Shown piece after piece: positions 46,758 to 56,838 of a DNA stretch of 64,000 bases (positions are counted from its first letter, which is position 1; the number at the start of each line of letters is the position of its first letter). The notes below the pieces were generated by a model, which searched no databases, was not told the DNA's origin, and saw only the letters and a program-made list of their open reading frames with translations. The stretch lies in IMG/VR virus record IMGVR_UViG_3300009370_000001; one strand, written 5' to 3'. This stretch comes from a virus (Duplodnaviria > Caudoviricetes). The position numbers were made by a program, and so were the translations under genes.

Positions 46758-48722
46758 ATGAGAACCGCCGCTAACATCCGCAGATTTAGATTATCCGATG
46801 CATTCCTGGAGCCTTATAAAACTAAAGAGGTTCCATGGGGACCTATTGGTTATGTGACTTATAAACGCACCTATTCTCGCCGGCTCAATGAATTTGATCC
46901 AGAGTCCACAGGCTCTGAGGAGTGGTGGCAGACATGCAAAAGAGTTATTGAAGGAATGTTTGACATGCAGAAGCAGCACGTATTCTTGCTGGGTCTCGAA
47001 TGGAACGATGGCAAAGCCCAGCGTACCGCCAAGGACGCCTATGACCGCCTCTTCAGTCTGAAATGGACACCCCCGGGCCGCGGCTTGTGGATGATGGGTA
47101 CCAAGTTTGTAGAAGAGAAGACTGCCGCAGGACTTTTTAACTGCGCTTTCCGTTCTACTAAAGACCTCTCGCACAAGGGTGGTTATCTCTTTGCGTGGAT
47201 GATGGATGCATTGATGCTTGGAATTGGTGTAGGGTTCGACACCGAAGGAGCCGGTAGCTTGACGGTCCACGAACCGAGCTATACTAATGATAAGCTCGTT
47301 ATTGACGATTCTCGTGAAGGATGGGTGGACTCGGTTCATCTATTGCTGGATGGATTTTTCTTTGGCAGCAAAGTACCGAAGTTTGATTATTCGGCTATTC
47401 GCCCAGAAGGAGCACTCATCGCTGGTTTCGGTGGTACCTCTAGTGGTGCGGCGCCCCTTAAAGAATTACACCAAAGTTTGATTGAACACTATACCGAGCG
47501 GATTGGAGAGCCTATCACATCCGTTGATATTGTAGACACCGAAAACCTCATCGGTCGATGTGTGGTATCGGGCAACGTGCGCCGTTCGGCTGCGCTAGCA
47601 ATGGGGCGTCACGATGACAGATTATACTTGGAGATGAAAAACGATCAAGAAAAACTGTACCACCATCGATGGGGCTCAAACAACTCTTTTAATGCTGTAG
47701 TCGGCATGGACTATAGCTGGCACGCAGAACAAAGTCAGAAGAACGGAGAGCCTGGATATATTTGGCTCGATAATGCTCGTACTCGTGGAAGATTTAAAGA
47801 CGGCGAGCGACTTGATGACATTAACGTTGCCGGCTTTAACCCATGCGTGGAACAACAACTAGAAGATGCAGAGTTGTGTTGCTTGGTCGAGACATTCCCA
47901 GCGATGCATGATAATTTAGAAGACTACTTACGCACATTAAAGATTGCATATTTATACGGAAAGACGATTACTCTTTCAAACACACACTGGCCTGAGACAA
48001 ACGCCAAGATGCTGAAGAACCGCCGTATTGGCTTGTCCCAATCAGGGGTTGTGCAGGCTTTTAACAAACACGGCCGCCGGCAAATGTATGAATGGTGTGA
48101 CCGTGGTTACGAATACGTCAGCGAACTAGATGAAGAATATTCCAACTGGCTGTGTATTCCTAAGTCAATTCGTACCACTTCTATTAAGCCCTCTGGAACA
48201 GTGTCTCTTCTTAATGGATCGACCCCGGGCATTCATTTTCCGGAGAGCGAACATTATATTCGACGCATTCGCTTTTCTCACACCTCTCAAGTCTTAGACA
48301 GACTTAAAGCAGCCGGGTATCATATCGAAGAGGATGCTTACTCTCCCAACACAATGGTTGTGGAGTTTCCCGTGCACGAACCTTATTTTACAAAGAGCAA
48401 AAAAGAGGTTACGATGTGGGAGCAGCTTGAAATCGCAGCCCAATACCAACATTATTGGGCCGACAATTCAGTCTCCGTAACTGTGACCTTTAATGAAGAA
48501 GAGTCCCTGCAGCTTAAGGATGCTCTGGAAATGTATGAAACGCGCTTGAAAGCGGTTTCATTTTTGAAATATAGTGAAACCGGTTATAAGCAAGCCCCTT
48601 ATGAATCGATTACTAAAGAAAAATACGAGAAAATGATTAAGAAAATTAAGCCTCTCCAACGCATGGATACCGAGGGAGGCGCAGGAACCAAGTTTTGTAC
48701 AAATGACACATGTGAAATTTAA
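46758..48722 (+). CDS. nrdJ: Class II (adenosylcobalamin-dependent) monomeric ribonucleotide reductase
   Basis: TPPGRGLW, NCAF, GNVRRSA, NPCVEQ..EDAELCCLVE, TSIKPSGTVS, C-terminal CxxxxC; no beta subunit gene nearby. Confidence 0.88.
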   Translation: MRTAANIRRFRLSDAFLEPYKTKEVPWGPIGYVTYKRTYSRRLNEFDPESTGSEEWWQTCKRVIEGMFDMQKQHVFLLGLEWNDGKAQRTAKDAYDRLFSLKWTPPGRGLWMMGTKFVEEKTAAGLFNCAFRSTKDLSHKGGYLFAWMMDALMLGIGVGFDTEGAGSLTVHEPSYTNDKLVIDDSREGWVDSVHLLLDGFFFGSKVPKFDYSAIRPEGALIAGFGGTSSGAAPLKELHQSLIEHYTERIGEPITSVDIVDTENLIGRCVVSGNVRRSAALAMGRHDDRLYLEMKNDQEKLYHHRWGSNNSFNAVVGMDYSWHAEQSQKNGEPGYIWLDNARTRGRFKDGERLDDINVAGFNPCVEQQLEDAELCCLVETFPAMHDNLEDYLRTLKIAYLYGKTITLSNTHWPETNAKMLKNRRIGLSQSGVVQAFNKHGRRQMYEWCDRGYEYVSELDEEYSNWLCIPKSIRTTSIKPSGTVSLLNGSTPGIHFPESEHYIRRIRFSHTSQVLDRLKAAGYHIEEDAYSPNTMVVEFPVHEPYFTKSKKEVTMWEQLEIAAQYQHYWADNSVSVTVTFNEEESLQLKDALEMYETRLKAVSFLKYSETGYKQAPYESITKEKYEKMIKKIKPLQRMDTEGGAGTKFCTNDTCEI

Positions 48723-48734
48723 AGTGGAGGATAT

Positions 48735-49013
48735 GTGATAAAACCCGTTAATAGATATATTCAGATTACACAGCCTGAATTAGAAACCCAAGCAGAATCT
48801 CAGATTTTGTTACCGGCAGACTTTAAGCCGGAAGAAGAACGCTACAAGGTAGTAACCATTGAATCTTGGGCGCCCGATGTTCGCTTCGCCGATCAACTAG
48901 AAATACAGTGTCGGGCTGTTGTGGACGCTTCAATGATAGAAGAAATAAAGGTGCAAAATGGACGAATTACTGTTGTTCAAGATAATTATGTTATAGCAAT
49001 TTTAACTGAATGA
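48735..49013 (+). CDS. groES: GroES-like co-chaperonin
   Basis: GGAGG RBS and GTG start; IKPVNRYIQI...ILLP...VIAI pattern matches the GroES fold; 92 aa. Confidence 0.65.
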   Translation: MIKPVNRYIQITQPELETQAESQILLPADFKPEEERYKVVTIESWAPDVRFADQLEIQCRAVVDASMIEEIKVQNGRITVVQDNYVIAILTE

Positions 49014-49029
49014 CAGGAAACACACTTAT

Positions 49030-49986
49030 ATGCCCATTGACAAAAACTTTTATAATCAGTCGTCTGCAGCCAATTTGGGGTGGGATCCCTCGTGGTTTAC
49101 TGAAAAATACTACGATGATAAATTGGTTCGAGCCGTTAAAAAATGGCAAAAGGAGCGAGGTCTCACGCCTGATGGCTTAGTGGGTCCAATGACATTTCGT
49201 CGTATTTGGACGGAAAGACAATCAAATATTGATGAGCATAAGCCATCGACGCCAAGCTATTCTAATTATATTGTTTATAATGGAAACTTTATTCCTATTG
49301 ACTGGGATAAGGTAGTATTGTGGTCGGAGAATGGGGGACTGAAGGCAAAGCCAGGGAGCCACTACGATTACAGTGGTCGACCCGGCCGAGCAATTCGCTA
49401 TTTTGTTAATCATTGGGATGTCTGCTTAAATTCTCGCGCCTGCCAACAGGTGCTAGACAATCGAGGAATTTCAGTTCATTTTCTAATTGATAATGACGGG
49501 ACGATTTACCAGACTATTGATATGCAACATGGTTGCTGGCATGCGGGAAGCGAGAGGGCCAACCGGGCGTCGGTGGGGGTAGAGATTTCTAATGCTTATT
49601 ACCCTAAATATCAAGAGTGGTATGTGCGGAATGGCTACGGAGAACGTCCGATGCTCGAAGGGGTAAGATGCCAAGGAGAGGAGTTGGATTCTTTTATGGG
49701 GTTCTACCCAGCCCAAATTAGGGCGCTTAAGCAATTGTGGAAAGCCATTCATCATGGGCTGAACATTCCTTATACTGCGCCCCAGAACCAGTTCAATAAT
49801 ACAGCGAGCAAGTATGTACAGGATGTTAAGTACGGAGATTTTCGTGGCTTTGTAAGTCACTACCACGTTTCTAAGAACAAGATTGATTGTGCAGGCTTAG
49901 ATATCAAGACTATTCTTGAAGAGGTTGAAGAAGAGGAAGCAACTGGATATAATAGTGCCAGCGCCGTGTGTGAAGATCGTTCATGA
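49030..49986 (+). CDS. Endolysin: peptidoglycan-binding domain plus N-acetylmuramoyl-L-alanine amidase
   Basis: AVKKWQKERGLTPDGLVGPMT PG-binding motif; VNHWD, SVHFLIDNDGTIYQ, WHAG, GVEI, H..VS..K.DC amidase_2 motifs. Confidence 0.9.
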   Translation: MPIDKNFYNQSSAANLGWDPSWFTEKYYDDKLVRAVKKWQKERGLTPDGLVGPMTFRRIWTERQSNIDEHKPSTPSYSNYIVYNGNFIPIDWDKVVLWSENGGLKAKPGSHYDYSGRPGRAIRYFVNHWDVCLNSRACQQVLDNRGISVHFLIDNDGTIYQTIDMQHGCWHAGSERANRASVGVEISNAYYPKYQEWYVRNGYGERPMLEGVRCQGEELDSFMGFYPAQIRALKQLWKAIHHGLNIPYTAPQNQFNNTASKYVQDVKYGDFRGFVSHYHVSKNKIDCAGLDIKTILEEVEEEEATGYNSASAVCEDRS

Positions 49987-50857
49987 ATATGAAGAAATAG
50001 TAATTGGGAGTAATTTAACCGCAGTTTTATATGCCTTTAGCAATAAGTTGCCCCTTTTTTTCACTCGTCTGCAACAGCCTTTTCGCTTTGATTATTTAGA
50101 CACGCACCTAGATATCGCTTGTGTGGGAATGGAAAATCGTACTCGCGAGCTTCTTACTCACCATGGCAAGATTAACGTTGGGCTGCCCAAAAAATTGCTT
50201 TGGGAGCGATTGTTGTTTATAATTTCCCTGGCAGGCAGGGCGCCCCTAAGCACTCTTTGTCAGAGCATTAGACATAATGGCGAATCTCTGATTTGTTCTA
50301 ACGAGTACTCAAAAATAGCTGAAGTTAAATTTCAAAAAGCTTATTATTTTGGAGACGATAATTGTTCTGGCTTAGTTAATGAAAAAAGAGTTGCCAATCC
50401 TTCATATATGTGCTATGATTGGATAGCATTCAATCGTGGAGGAAAGCATGAAATCGATCTTATCGAAACCACAGACAGCTTTGTCAAGCAAATCTGGTTT
50501 TATCCTACAGATCGCGTTGATGGCAACTCTCCTATCAAGGATGCTTGCTTAGTTTCCACGCTCACCAAAGAAGAACTACTAGATTTTGATTACTCCCAAA
50601 CGATGGCGAGATTTAAGATGATAGCAGAGATGAGAGACAGAGAAATGAGAGGACCGTTTAATGGCTATTCCCCTGCGGGCAATCCGAAATATTATAATTT
50701 TAGAACTTCTATCATCGGCCGCGAGACAAGCAAGAAATCGGCGCGCCCACGAGCCTCCCTCTCTACGGTTGAGGTTTCAACCATTCAAGAAGAAACTTTG
50801 CTCGAAGATTTACCACAGGCTTGTGTGGGATACGATAGACTTTTAGAGAACTTATGA
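49916..50857 (+). CDS. Hypothetical protein with a degenerate FAD/Rossmann-like N-terminus
   Basis: YEEIVIGSNLTAV resembles a dinucleotide-binding beta-alpha-beta; the true start may be GTG 49970. Confidence 0.5.
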   Translation: MKRLKKRKQLDIIVPAPCVKIVHEYEEIVIGSNLTAVLYAFSNKLPLFFTRLQQPFRFDYLDTHLDIACVGMENRTRELLTHHGKINVGLPKKLLWERLLFIISLAGRAPLSTLCQSIRHNGESLICSNEYSKIAEVKFQKAYYFGDDNCSGLVNEKRVANPSYMCYDWIAFNRGGKHEIDLIETTDSFVKQIWFYPTDRVDGNSPIKDACLVSTLTKEELLDFDYSQTMARFKMIAEMRDREMRGPFNGYSPAGNPKYYNFRTSIIGRETSKKSARPRASLSTVEVSTIQEETLLEDLPQACVGYDRLLENL

Positions 50858-51756
50858 GCGATGGGCGGCACACACATCTAGCCGGTATTATACCGCTAGC
50901 TAACCTGACTACTGATTTTGATCTCCCCACTCCGGAGTGCCTCACGCCTGTGGATCCTGGCTTCACCGCCATCCAAAAAGCAGTGTTTGAATGTGCTGTC
51001 GCAGGATGTCAGACCATATGGATTGTGGCCAACGACGATTTGGCACCTTTAGTAAAGAAAGTGGTTGGAGAGTGGACATATGATCCCGTTTATTACTCGC
51101 GCTCTCACAGCATCTTTCCCAGCGAGCATCGTAAAGAGATCCCTATATATTATGTGCCTATCCACCCCAAAGATCGCGACCGCCGCGATTCTTATGGATG
51201 GTCAGTGCTGCATGGCATTAATTCTGCGTGGAGGGTAGCTAATATTATTTCGCGGTGGGTCGTTCCCGATAAGTATTTTGTCACATTTCCAATGAGTGCG
51301 TATAATGTCTATGCCCTCAGAAATTTCCGGGCAAAAATTTCAGATTTTGAAAATAACTTTTTTTTAACTCACAATGGCAAAACTGTAAAGGATAATGAAC
51401 ACTTGGCGTTTACTATGTTTAGTGAAGACTTCATTCACTGCCGTCGCCATGTGAACAAAACTACGACAAGAGAATACTTAAATCCTGGGCCCGATGAAAA
51501 ATACCCCCAAGAAAAACTACCACTCGCAAAAAGGTGGTCTGCCAGAGGGTTTGACTTCGCTACTATTTTTGAGAAGATTAATGAAAAGAATTCATACAAA
51601 ATGGACATAGATTGGTATTATGACATTTCCAAATGGTCAGAATATCAAGCCTTTATGGGTTCAGAAAATTTCATACAAAAACCATCAAATAGCTTGACAA
51701 AGGCGCATACACATGTTAAATTACCATATAGAGAGGGAGAAATAGATGACGATTAA
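50854..51756 (+). CDS. Nucleotidyltransferase-fold (NTP_transferase-like) protein
   Basis: LAGIIPLA...PECLTPV...AVFECAVAGCQTIWIV resembles the sugar-nucleotidyltransferase N-terminus, but the GxGTR motif is degenerate. Confidence 0.5.
   Translation: MSDGRHTHLAGIIPLANLTTDFDLPTPECLTPVDPGFTAIQKAVFECAVAGCQTIWIVANDDLAPLVKKVVGEWTYDPVYYSRSHSIFPSEHRKEIPIYYVPIHPKDRDRRDSYGWSVLHGINSAWRVANIISRWVVPDKYFVTFPMSAYNVYALRNFRAKISDFENNFFLTHNGKTVKDNEHLAFTMFSEDFIHCRRHVNKTTTREYLNPGPDEKYPQEKLPLAKRWSARGFDFATIFEKINEKNSYKMDIDWYYDISKWSEYQAFMGSENFIQKPSNSLTKAHTHVKLPYREGEIDDD
51694..51722 (+). promoter_or_regulatory. sigma70-type promoter before dnaE
   Basis: TTGACA-N17-TAAATT with extended TG. Confidence 0.6.
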
Positions 51757-54700
51757 ATTCGTGGGGCTTCACGCCCACAGTGTGGCAGGATCTATCTTTG
51801 ATGCAATCGGATACCCCGATGCTCATATGGATTTTGCTTTTGAGAACGGGAGCGATGCGTTAGCGCTCACGGACCATGGAAACATGAACGGACTAGCGGG
51901 ACAGGTTTTGCATGCCAAGAAGATGCAGGCAGAGGGCAAAGACTTTAAACCGATTTTCGGCGTCGAGGCTTACTTCATTCCTTCCATTGAAGAATGGCGA
52001 GAAGAATATGAAGCAGCCATGGCCGACAAGAAACGTGCTCGAAGCGCAAAGAAAGACGCAGCTTCGGGTGCAACAGTAGAAGACGAGACCGATAGCAAGA
52101 AGGTGCAAGGCTTATTGCGCCGACGTCGCCATCTCATTCTATTGGCTCAAAATCAAACCGGACTTAATAATCTCTTTAAGCTGGTTTCTGAAAGCTATAA
52201 GAGCGAGAACTTTTATCGGTATCCGCGCATGGACTACGCACTATTAGAGAAGTATGGTGAAGGCGTTATTGCTGCATCGGCTTGTCTCGGTGGAGTGTAT
52301 GCCGGAAACTACTGGGAGAATGGTATTTATGATGAAGAGGGCAATCGCACCGGCGTAAACCGCGAAGGAGCGCTCGATGATATGCGCGAGACTACCCGTC
52401 GTATGCAAGCAGTCTTTGGAGATCGCTGGTATGGCGAGCTACAGTGGAACAACATTAAAGAACAGCATGAACTTAACCAGCTCATTATTCAGATTTCGGA
52501 AGAGTTTGATATGAAGCTGATTTCCACAGCCGACAGCCACTACCCGAACCAGACCGCATGGAAGGATAGGGAGTTATACAAGCGCCTAGGCTGGCTTGGA
52601 AAAGGAACTCCATCCTGGGGTGAGGGTGCGGAATTCCCCGAGGGTGTAGAAGAGATTGGATACGAACTGTATCCCAAGAATGGCGATCAAATGTGGGAGA
52701 GCTATCAGAACTATTGCAAGAGCAGCGGTTTTGAATATGATGATGCATTAGTGATGAACAGCATCACAGAAACCTACCACATCGCCCACGACCGCATTGA
52801 AAGCTTCTTTCCAGATACAACCGTGCGGCTTCCTGACTTTGTGGTGCCGGCTGGTACAACAGCCACCCAGGCTCTGGTCAACTATGCGCTTGAAGGCTTG
52901 CGTCTTAAGGGATTACAAAACAACAAAGAATATTTAGCGCGCCTGCGCCGCGAACTTGATGTCATTGATGACCGAGGCTTCTCCAAATATTTCTTGACGA
53001 TGAAAGCTATCGCTGATGAGGCCACCAAGCAGATGCTTGCTGGTCCTGGGCGAGGGTCAGCCGCTGGTTCGCTGGTTGCCTACGCACTCGGAATTACACA
53101 GGTCGATCCGATCAAGTATAACCTTCTGTTCTCGCGCTTTCTGCGTTCAGATGCAACCGACTATCCTGATATCGATTATGATGTATCGGACAGTATGGAA
53201 TTGAAAGAGAAGTTAGTTGAGATGTGGGGTGAAGATTGTGTAGCCCCGATCTCCAACTGGAACACTTTGCAGTTGAGATCTCTTATCAAAGACATCTCAA
53301 AGCTTTATGGTATCCCCTTTACAGAGGTTAACAATGTCACTAGTGTGATGATGAGAGAGGCCACACCCGAGGCCAAGAAGAAGCATGGCATCAAAGCCGG
53401 CATCTATGCGCCCACCTGGGAAGAGGTGATGGAGTTTTCCGTCACGCTCCAAGCCTTTCTCCAGAAGTATCCGGAGGTCAAAGCTCGTGTTGAAGGTCTT
53501 GTGGGACAAGTACGCTCCTGCTCTCGACATGCAGGTGGTGTTGTCATCGCTGAAGATCTCGACCGTCACATGCCATTGATTAACTCTGGTGGTGTCCGTC
53601 AATCTCCCTGGAGTGAGGGGCAGAACGTGCGGCATCTAGAACCGATGGGATTCATTAAATTTGATTTGCTCGGACTCTCGACATTAAAGATGATGGAAGG
53701 GTGCATCGAACATATCTTGCGGCGCCATCATGGTGTTGAGGAGCCGACTTTCGATGATATTTTAGACTATTATAATAAGACCATCCATCCCGATGTGATT
53801 GACTTTGATGATCTTGAGGTATATAAGAATATCTTTCACCAAGGCAAGTGGGCAGGCGTCTTTCAGTTCACCGAGCAAGGAGCGCAGAGTTTCTGTACGA
53901 GAGTAAAGCCAACCAACATCATTGATGTTTCGGCTATTACTTCTATCTTTCGTCCAGGTCCGCTGTCGGCTGGTGTTGACGTTGATTACGTTGAAGCCAA
54001 GAACCACCCACAGTATGTATCGTATCTCTCTGATGAGGCTCAAGAAATTACTGAAGAAACTTTTGGCTTTCTTATCTTTCAAGAACAGATTGCGTTGCTA
54101 GCTCATAAATTAGGTGGACTTACTCTTGACGAAGGCAATATGCTGCGCAAGGTGCTGACCAAGAAGGGCACCGGCAAGAACAGTGTCAAGGCTAAGCTGC
54201 ACACCAAGTTTATCAAGGGATGCGCGGCCAAGAAAATTCACCGAGACAAGGCTGAAGATCTCTGGAACAAGTTTGAGTATTTCTCTGGCTATGGTTTCAA
54301 CAAGTCGCACGCAGTTAGTTATAGCATTATCTCTTATCAGTGTGCGTGGCTGTGGAATTATTATCCTTCTGAGTGGATGGCTGCGTTCTTGGACAAAGAG
54401 CCTGAGACCAGAAAAGAAAAGGCAATCAACATCGCCAAGAAATATGGTTTTAAGATTGCACCACTGGATATCAACAAGTCCGGCACAGTATGGGAGATCA
54501 GTGACGATGGTAAGACTCTTATTCAGCCTCTGACTTCTATCAAGGGTCTAGGCATGGCCGCCATCGAACAGATTCTTGACCATCGACCCTTTAAGAACGC
54601 GGAAGATCTCTTGTTCCGAGAAGGTATATCATACAGCAAATTCAACAAGAAAGCTTTGGATGCGCTAGCACGAGGTGGAGCTTTAGATGATATTATCGAT

Positions 54701-55186
54701 GATAGATTCACAGGACGCAAGCATTTTTGGTCTGCATGTGTGGTAGAGCGCCCCAAGAACCTGAAGAAGCTGCTAGAGAACATCGAAACCTATCGACCCG
54801 AAGGCGATTTCAGCGAAGAGGAGATCATTCAGTTTAAAACAGAGCTTACGGGAGTGTTCCCCATTAACCTTGTGATTAAAGCGGAGACAGTCGAGAAGCT
54901 CCAAGAAAAGTTTATCCCACCAATCTCCGAGTTTGATACAGCTTTAGAAGTGTGTTGGTTTATTCCACGCAAAATCATTCCTAAGAAAACAAAAAATGGA
55001 AAACTTTATTGGATTGTGGAAACAATTGATTCGAATAATGAACTCACAAAGATCCGGTGTTGGGGCGTAAAACCCGAGAAAGATACTATCTTTTTGAACA
55101 GACCGTATATGGCCAAATTGCGCTATGATGAACAATGGGGATTTTCTACTTACGCAATTGGGAAGACTTTCAGATTGTTGGGCTAG
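51746..55186 (+). CDS. dnaE: DNA polymerase III alpha subunit (family C)
   Basis: PHP motifs LHAHS, ALTDHGNM, GVEAY; GRGSAAGSLVAYALGITQVDP, PDIDYD, KFDLLGL, GYGFNKSHA. Confidence 0.95.
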   Translation: MTIKFVGLHAHSVAGSIFDAIGYPDAHMDFAFENGSDALALTDHGNMNGLAGQVLHAKKMQAEGKDFKPIFGVEAYFIPSIEEWREEYEAAMADKKRARSAKKDAASGATVEDETDSKKVQGLLRRRRHLILLAQNQTGLNNLFKLVSESYKSENFYRYPRMDYALLEKYGEGVIAASACLGGVYAGNYWENGIYDEEGNRTGVNREGALDDMRETTRRMQAVFGDRWYGELQWNNIKEQHELNQLIIQISEEFDMKLISTADSHYPNQTAWKDRELYKRLGWLGKGTPSWGEGAEFPEGVEEIGYELYPKNGDQMWESYQNYCKSSGFEYDDALVMNSITETYHIAHDRIESFFPDTTVRLPDFVVPAGTTATQALVNYALEGLRLKGLQNNKEYLARLRRELDVIDDRGFSKYFLTMKAIADEATKQMLAGPGRGSAAGSLVAYALGITQVDPIKYNLLFSRFLRSDATDYPDIDYDVSDSMELKEKLVEMWGEDCVAPISNWNTLQLRSLIKDISKLYGIPFTEVNNVTSVMMREATPEAKKKHGIKAGIYAPTWEEVMEFSVTLQAFLQKYPEVKARVEGLVGQVRSCSRHAGGVVIAEDLDRHMPLINSGGVRQSPWSEGQNVRHLEPMGFIKFDLLGLSTLKMMEGCIEHILRRHHGVEEPTFDDILDYYNKTIHPDVIDFDDLEVYKNIFHQGKWAGVFQFTEQGAQSFCTRVKPTNIIDVSAITSIFRPGPLSAGVDVDYVEAKNHPQYVSYLSDEAQEITEETFGFLIFQEQIALLAHKLGGLTLDEGNMLRKVLTKKGTGKNSVKAKLHTKFIKGCAAKKIHRDKAEDLWNKFEYFSGYGFNKSHAVSYSIISYQCAWLWNYYPSEWMAAFLDKEPETRKEKAINIAKKYGFKIAPLDINKSGTVWEISDDGKTLIQPLTSIKGLGMAAIEQILDHRPFKNAEDLLFREGISYSKFNKKALDALARGGALDDIIDDRFTGRKHFWSACVVERPKNLKKLLENIETYRPEGDFSEEEIIQFKTELTGVFPINLVIKAETVEKLQEKFIPPISEFDTALEVCWFIPRKIIPKKTKNGKLYWIVETIDSNNELTKIRCWGVKPEKDTIFLNRPYMAKLRYDEQWGFSTYAIGKTFRLLG

Positions 55187-55194
55187 TTAGTAAT

Positions 55195-55800
55195 ATGAAC
55201 GTCATCAAAAACTTCAGTCCTCTTCTTAAAGACAAAGAGTTTATTGAGGATTTGCCTGTTGTCATTCGCGTGAGAAAGTTTGACGAAGCCGCCGCCAAAG
55301 AATTTTCAGCGGCAGTATCTAAAGCTCAAAATACCGGACAACCCATATTGCCGGTCGTAATTGATAGTTATGGTGGACAAGTATACAGTTTGATGTCGAT
55401 GATTTCAGATATTAGTGCCTCTCGGATCCCGGTGGCTACGATTGTGCAGGGGAAAGCCATGTCGTGCGGAGCTATTCTCTTTAGCTTTGGTGCCCAAGGT
55501 CACCGCTATATGGACCCGGACGCAACAATAATGATTCATGATGTAAGCTCGATGAGTTGGGGCAAAGTAGAAGAGATTAAAGCTTCTGCTGAAGAAACCG
55601 AGAGATTAAATCAAAAGGTTTATAAGATGATGGCCATGAATTGTGGACATCACCAGGATTACTTTCTCGACATTATTCATGAAAAAGGCCATGCCGACTG
55701 GTTTCTAGAAGCAGACGAATGCCTCAAACATAATTTAACTAATCACACTCATGTGCCCGAATTAAGAATCGAAGCACGCGTCAAATTTAAATTTGAGTAG
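55195..55800 (+). CDS. clpP: ClpP-like protease, copy 1 (Ser-His-Asp intact)
   Basis: IDSYGGQV, AMSCG (Ser), MIHD (His), ADWFL (Asp). Confidence 0.85.
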   Translation: MNVIKNFSPLLKDKEFIEDLPVVIRVRKFDEAAAKEFSAAVSKAQNTGQPILPVVIDSYGGQVYSLMSMISDISASRIPVATIVQGKAMSCGAILFSFGAQGHRYMDPDATIMIHDVSSMSWGKVEEIKASAEETERLNQKVYKMMAMNCGHHQDYFLDIIHEKGHADWFLEADECLKHNLTNHTHVPELRIEARVKFKFE

Positions 55801-55809
55801 GAACACCCG

Positions 55810-55817
55810 ACTACTTA
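55810..55817 (+). promoter_or_regulatory. Candidate late promoter variant ACTACTTA
   Basis: Intergenic; upstream of GGAGG and the GTG start at 55836. Confidence 0.45.
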
Positions 55818-55835
55818 TAGACGGAGGTGCTTGAT

Positions 55836-56531
55836 GTGTCCACTAGTCATGTCGAATGGAAGAGGCAGGTTAATACTTTACGCTTTTTATATCGAGAATT
55901 AGAATTAGTCGAAGAGATGATCGAGGAAGCAACCCCGGCTTTTTTACAATACTATCGGGATTTTTGCAAGAGACACCATATTACACCCGAGAATGGACCT
56001 CCCGGGACGGAGCCCGCTCCCGAAAATCCAGAAGAAATTATGGGCGCTCTCGCGCCTATATCCGGCTCTATGACACCTCCTAAAGAATATTTTAATGATG
56101 AATTTGGAAACTGGCACTTAAAAGAAACGCCCCAAAAGCCGGAAGAGGCTGAAGCGCACAAGGTGTTTACCAAGATTTTTAAAAAAATTGCTTACCATCT
56201 ACATCCTGATCGTGCACCACCCACTTTAAGTGCAGCAGAAGAAGAAAGACGCTTGAAAATGTTTAAAAAGACATTAGAAGCTTTAGAAAATAAACAATAT
56301 TTTCGACTGATGATTATCGCTGAAAAGTTCGATATCGAAACTCCAGAGCTAAACGAAGAACAGCAAAAGTGGCTCAAGCACGAAATTGTAACGGCGCGTG
56401 CCAGTCTTGGGAGCCTCCAAGGCACCTATAATTATCACTTTTCTCAATGTAAAACTGACGACCAAAAAGAACAACTAATGAAAAGCTTTGTCTCACAAAA
56501 TTTTGGCATTCAGGTAGAAAAAAACACTTGA
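55836..56531 (+). CDS. J-domain (DnaJ-like) protein
   Basis: FKKIAYHLHPDR HPD motif in helical context; GGAGG RBS. Confidence 0.75.
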   Translation: MSTSHVEWKRQVNTLRFLYRELELVEEMIEEATPAFLQYYRDFCKRHHITPENGPPGTEPAPENPEEIMGALAPISGSMTPPKEYFNDEFGNWHLKETPQKPEEAEAHKVFTKIFKKIAYHLHPDRAPPTLSAAEEERRLKMFKKTLEALENKQYFRLMIIAEKFDIETPELNEEQQKWLKHEIVTARASLGSLQGTYNYHFSQCKTDDQKEQLMKSFVSQNFGIQVEKNT

Positions 56532-56556
56532 CGTACTCAATTGGATCTGTTATATT
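56528..56556 (+). promoter_or_regulatory. sigma70-type promoter
   Basis: TTGACG-N17-TATATT with extended TG. Confidence 0.75.
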
Positions 56557-56580
56557 ATATAAGTAACACAGGAGGTAAGT

Positions 56581-56838
56581 GTGGCCAATTCACACGAAGA
56601 GAAGAAGAGATATGTCAAGGAGTATATTCGCTCCCTGGCAGCAATTGAAGAGGCGATGGAACCCTACAAGGATCAACGCCGCGATCTGCGGGCAGAGTAC
56701 CGCGAGAACAGTTGGTTGAATACCGACGAGATTAGAGCAGCAGTAAAGGCATACCGTCTTTATAAAGGAAAGTTTAACATCGATGAAGTGGTGGAGAATT
56801 TTGAAATGATTAGTGGAGGGTCAAGAGCTAATGAATAA
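56581..56838 (+). CDS. Small helical DNA-binding-like protein (GapR / T4 DsbA-like)
   Basis: AGGAGG RBS and GTG start; coiled-coil helix ...IEEAMEPYKDQRRDLRAEY...IRAAVKAYR. Confidence 0.5.
   Translation: MANSHEEKKRYVKEYIRSLAAIEEAMEPYKDQRRDLRAEYRENSWLNTDEIRAAVKAYRLYKGKFNIDEVVENFEMISGGSRANE

Noticed and set aside
55781-55796. Perfect 16-bp palindrome TCAAATTTAAATTTGA
   Set aside because: It is AT-rich, lies within the clpP coding end (VKFKFE) and has no second copy; probably incidental.
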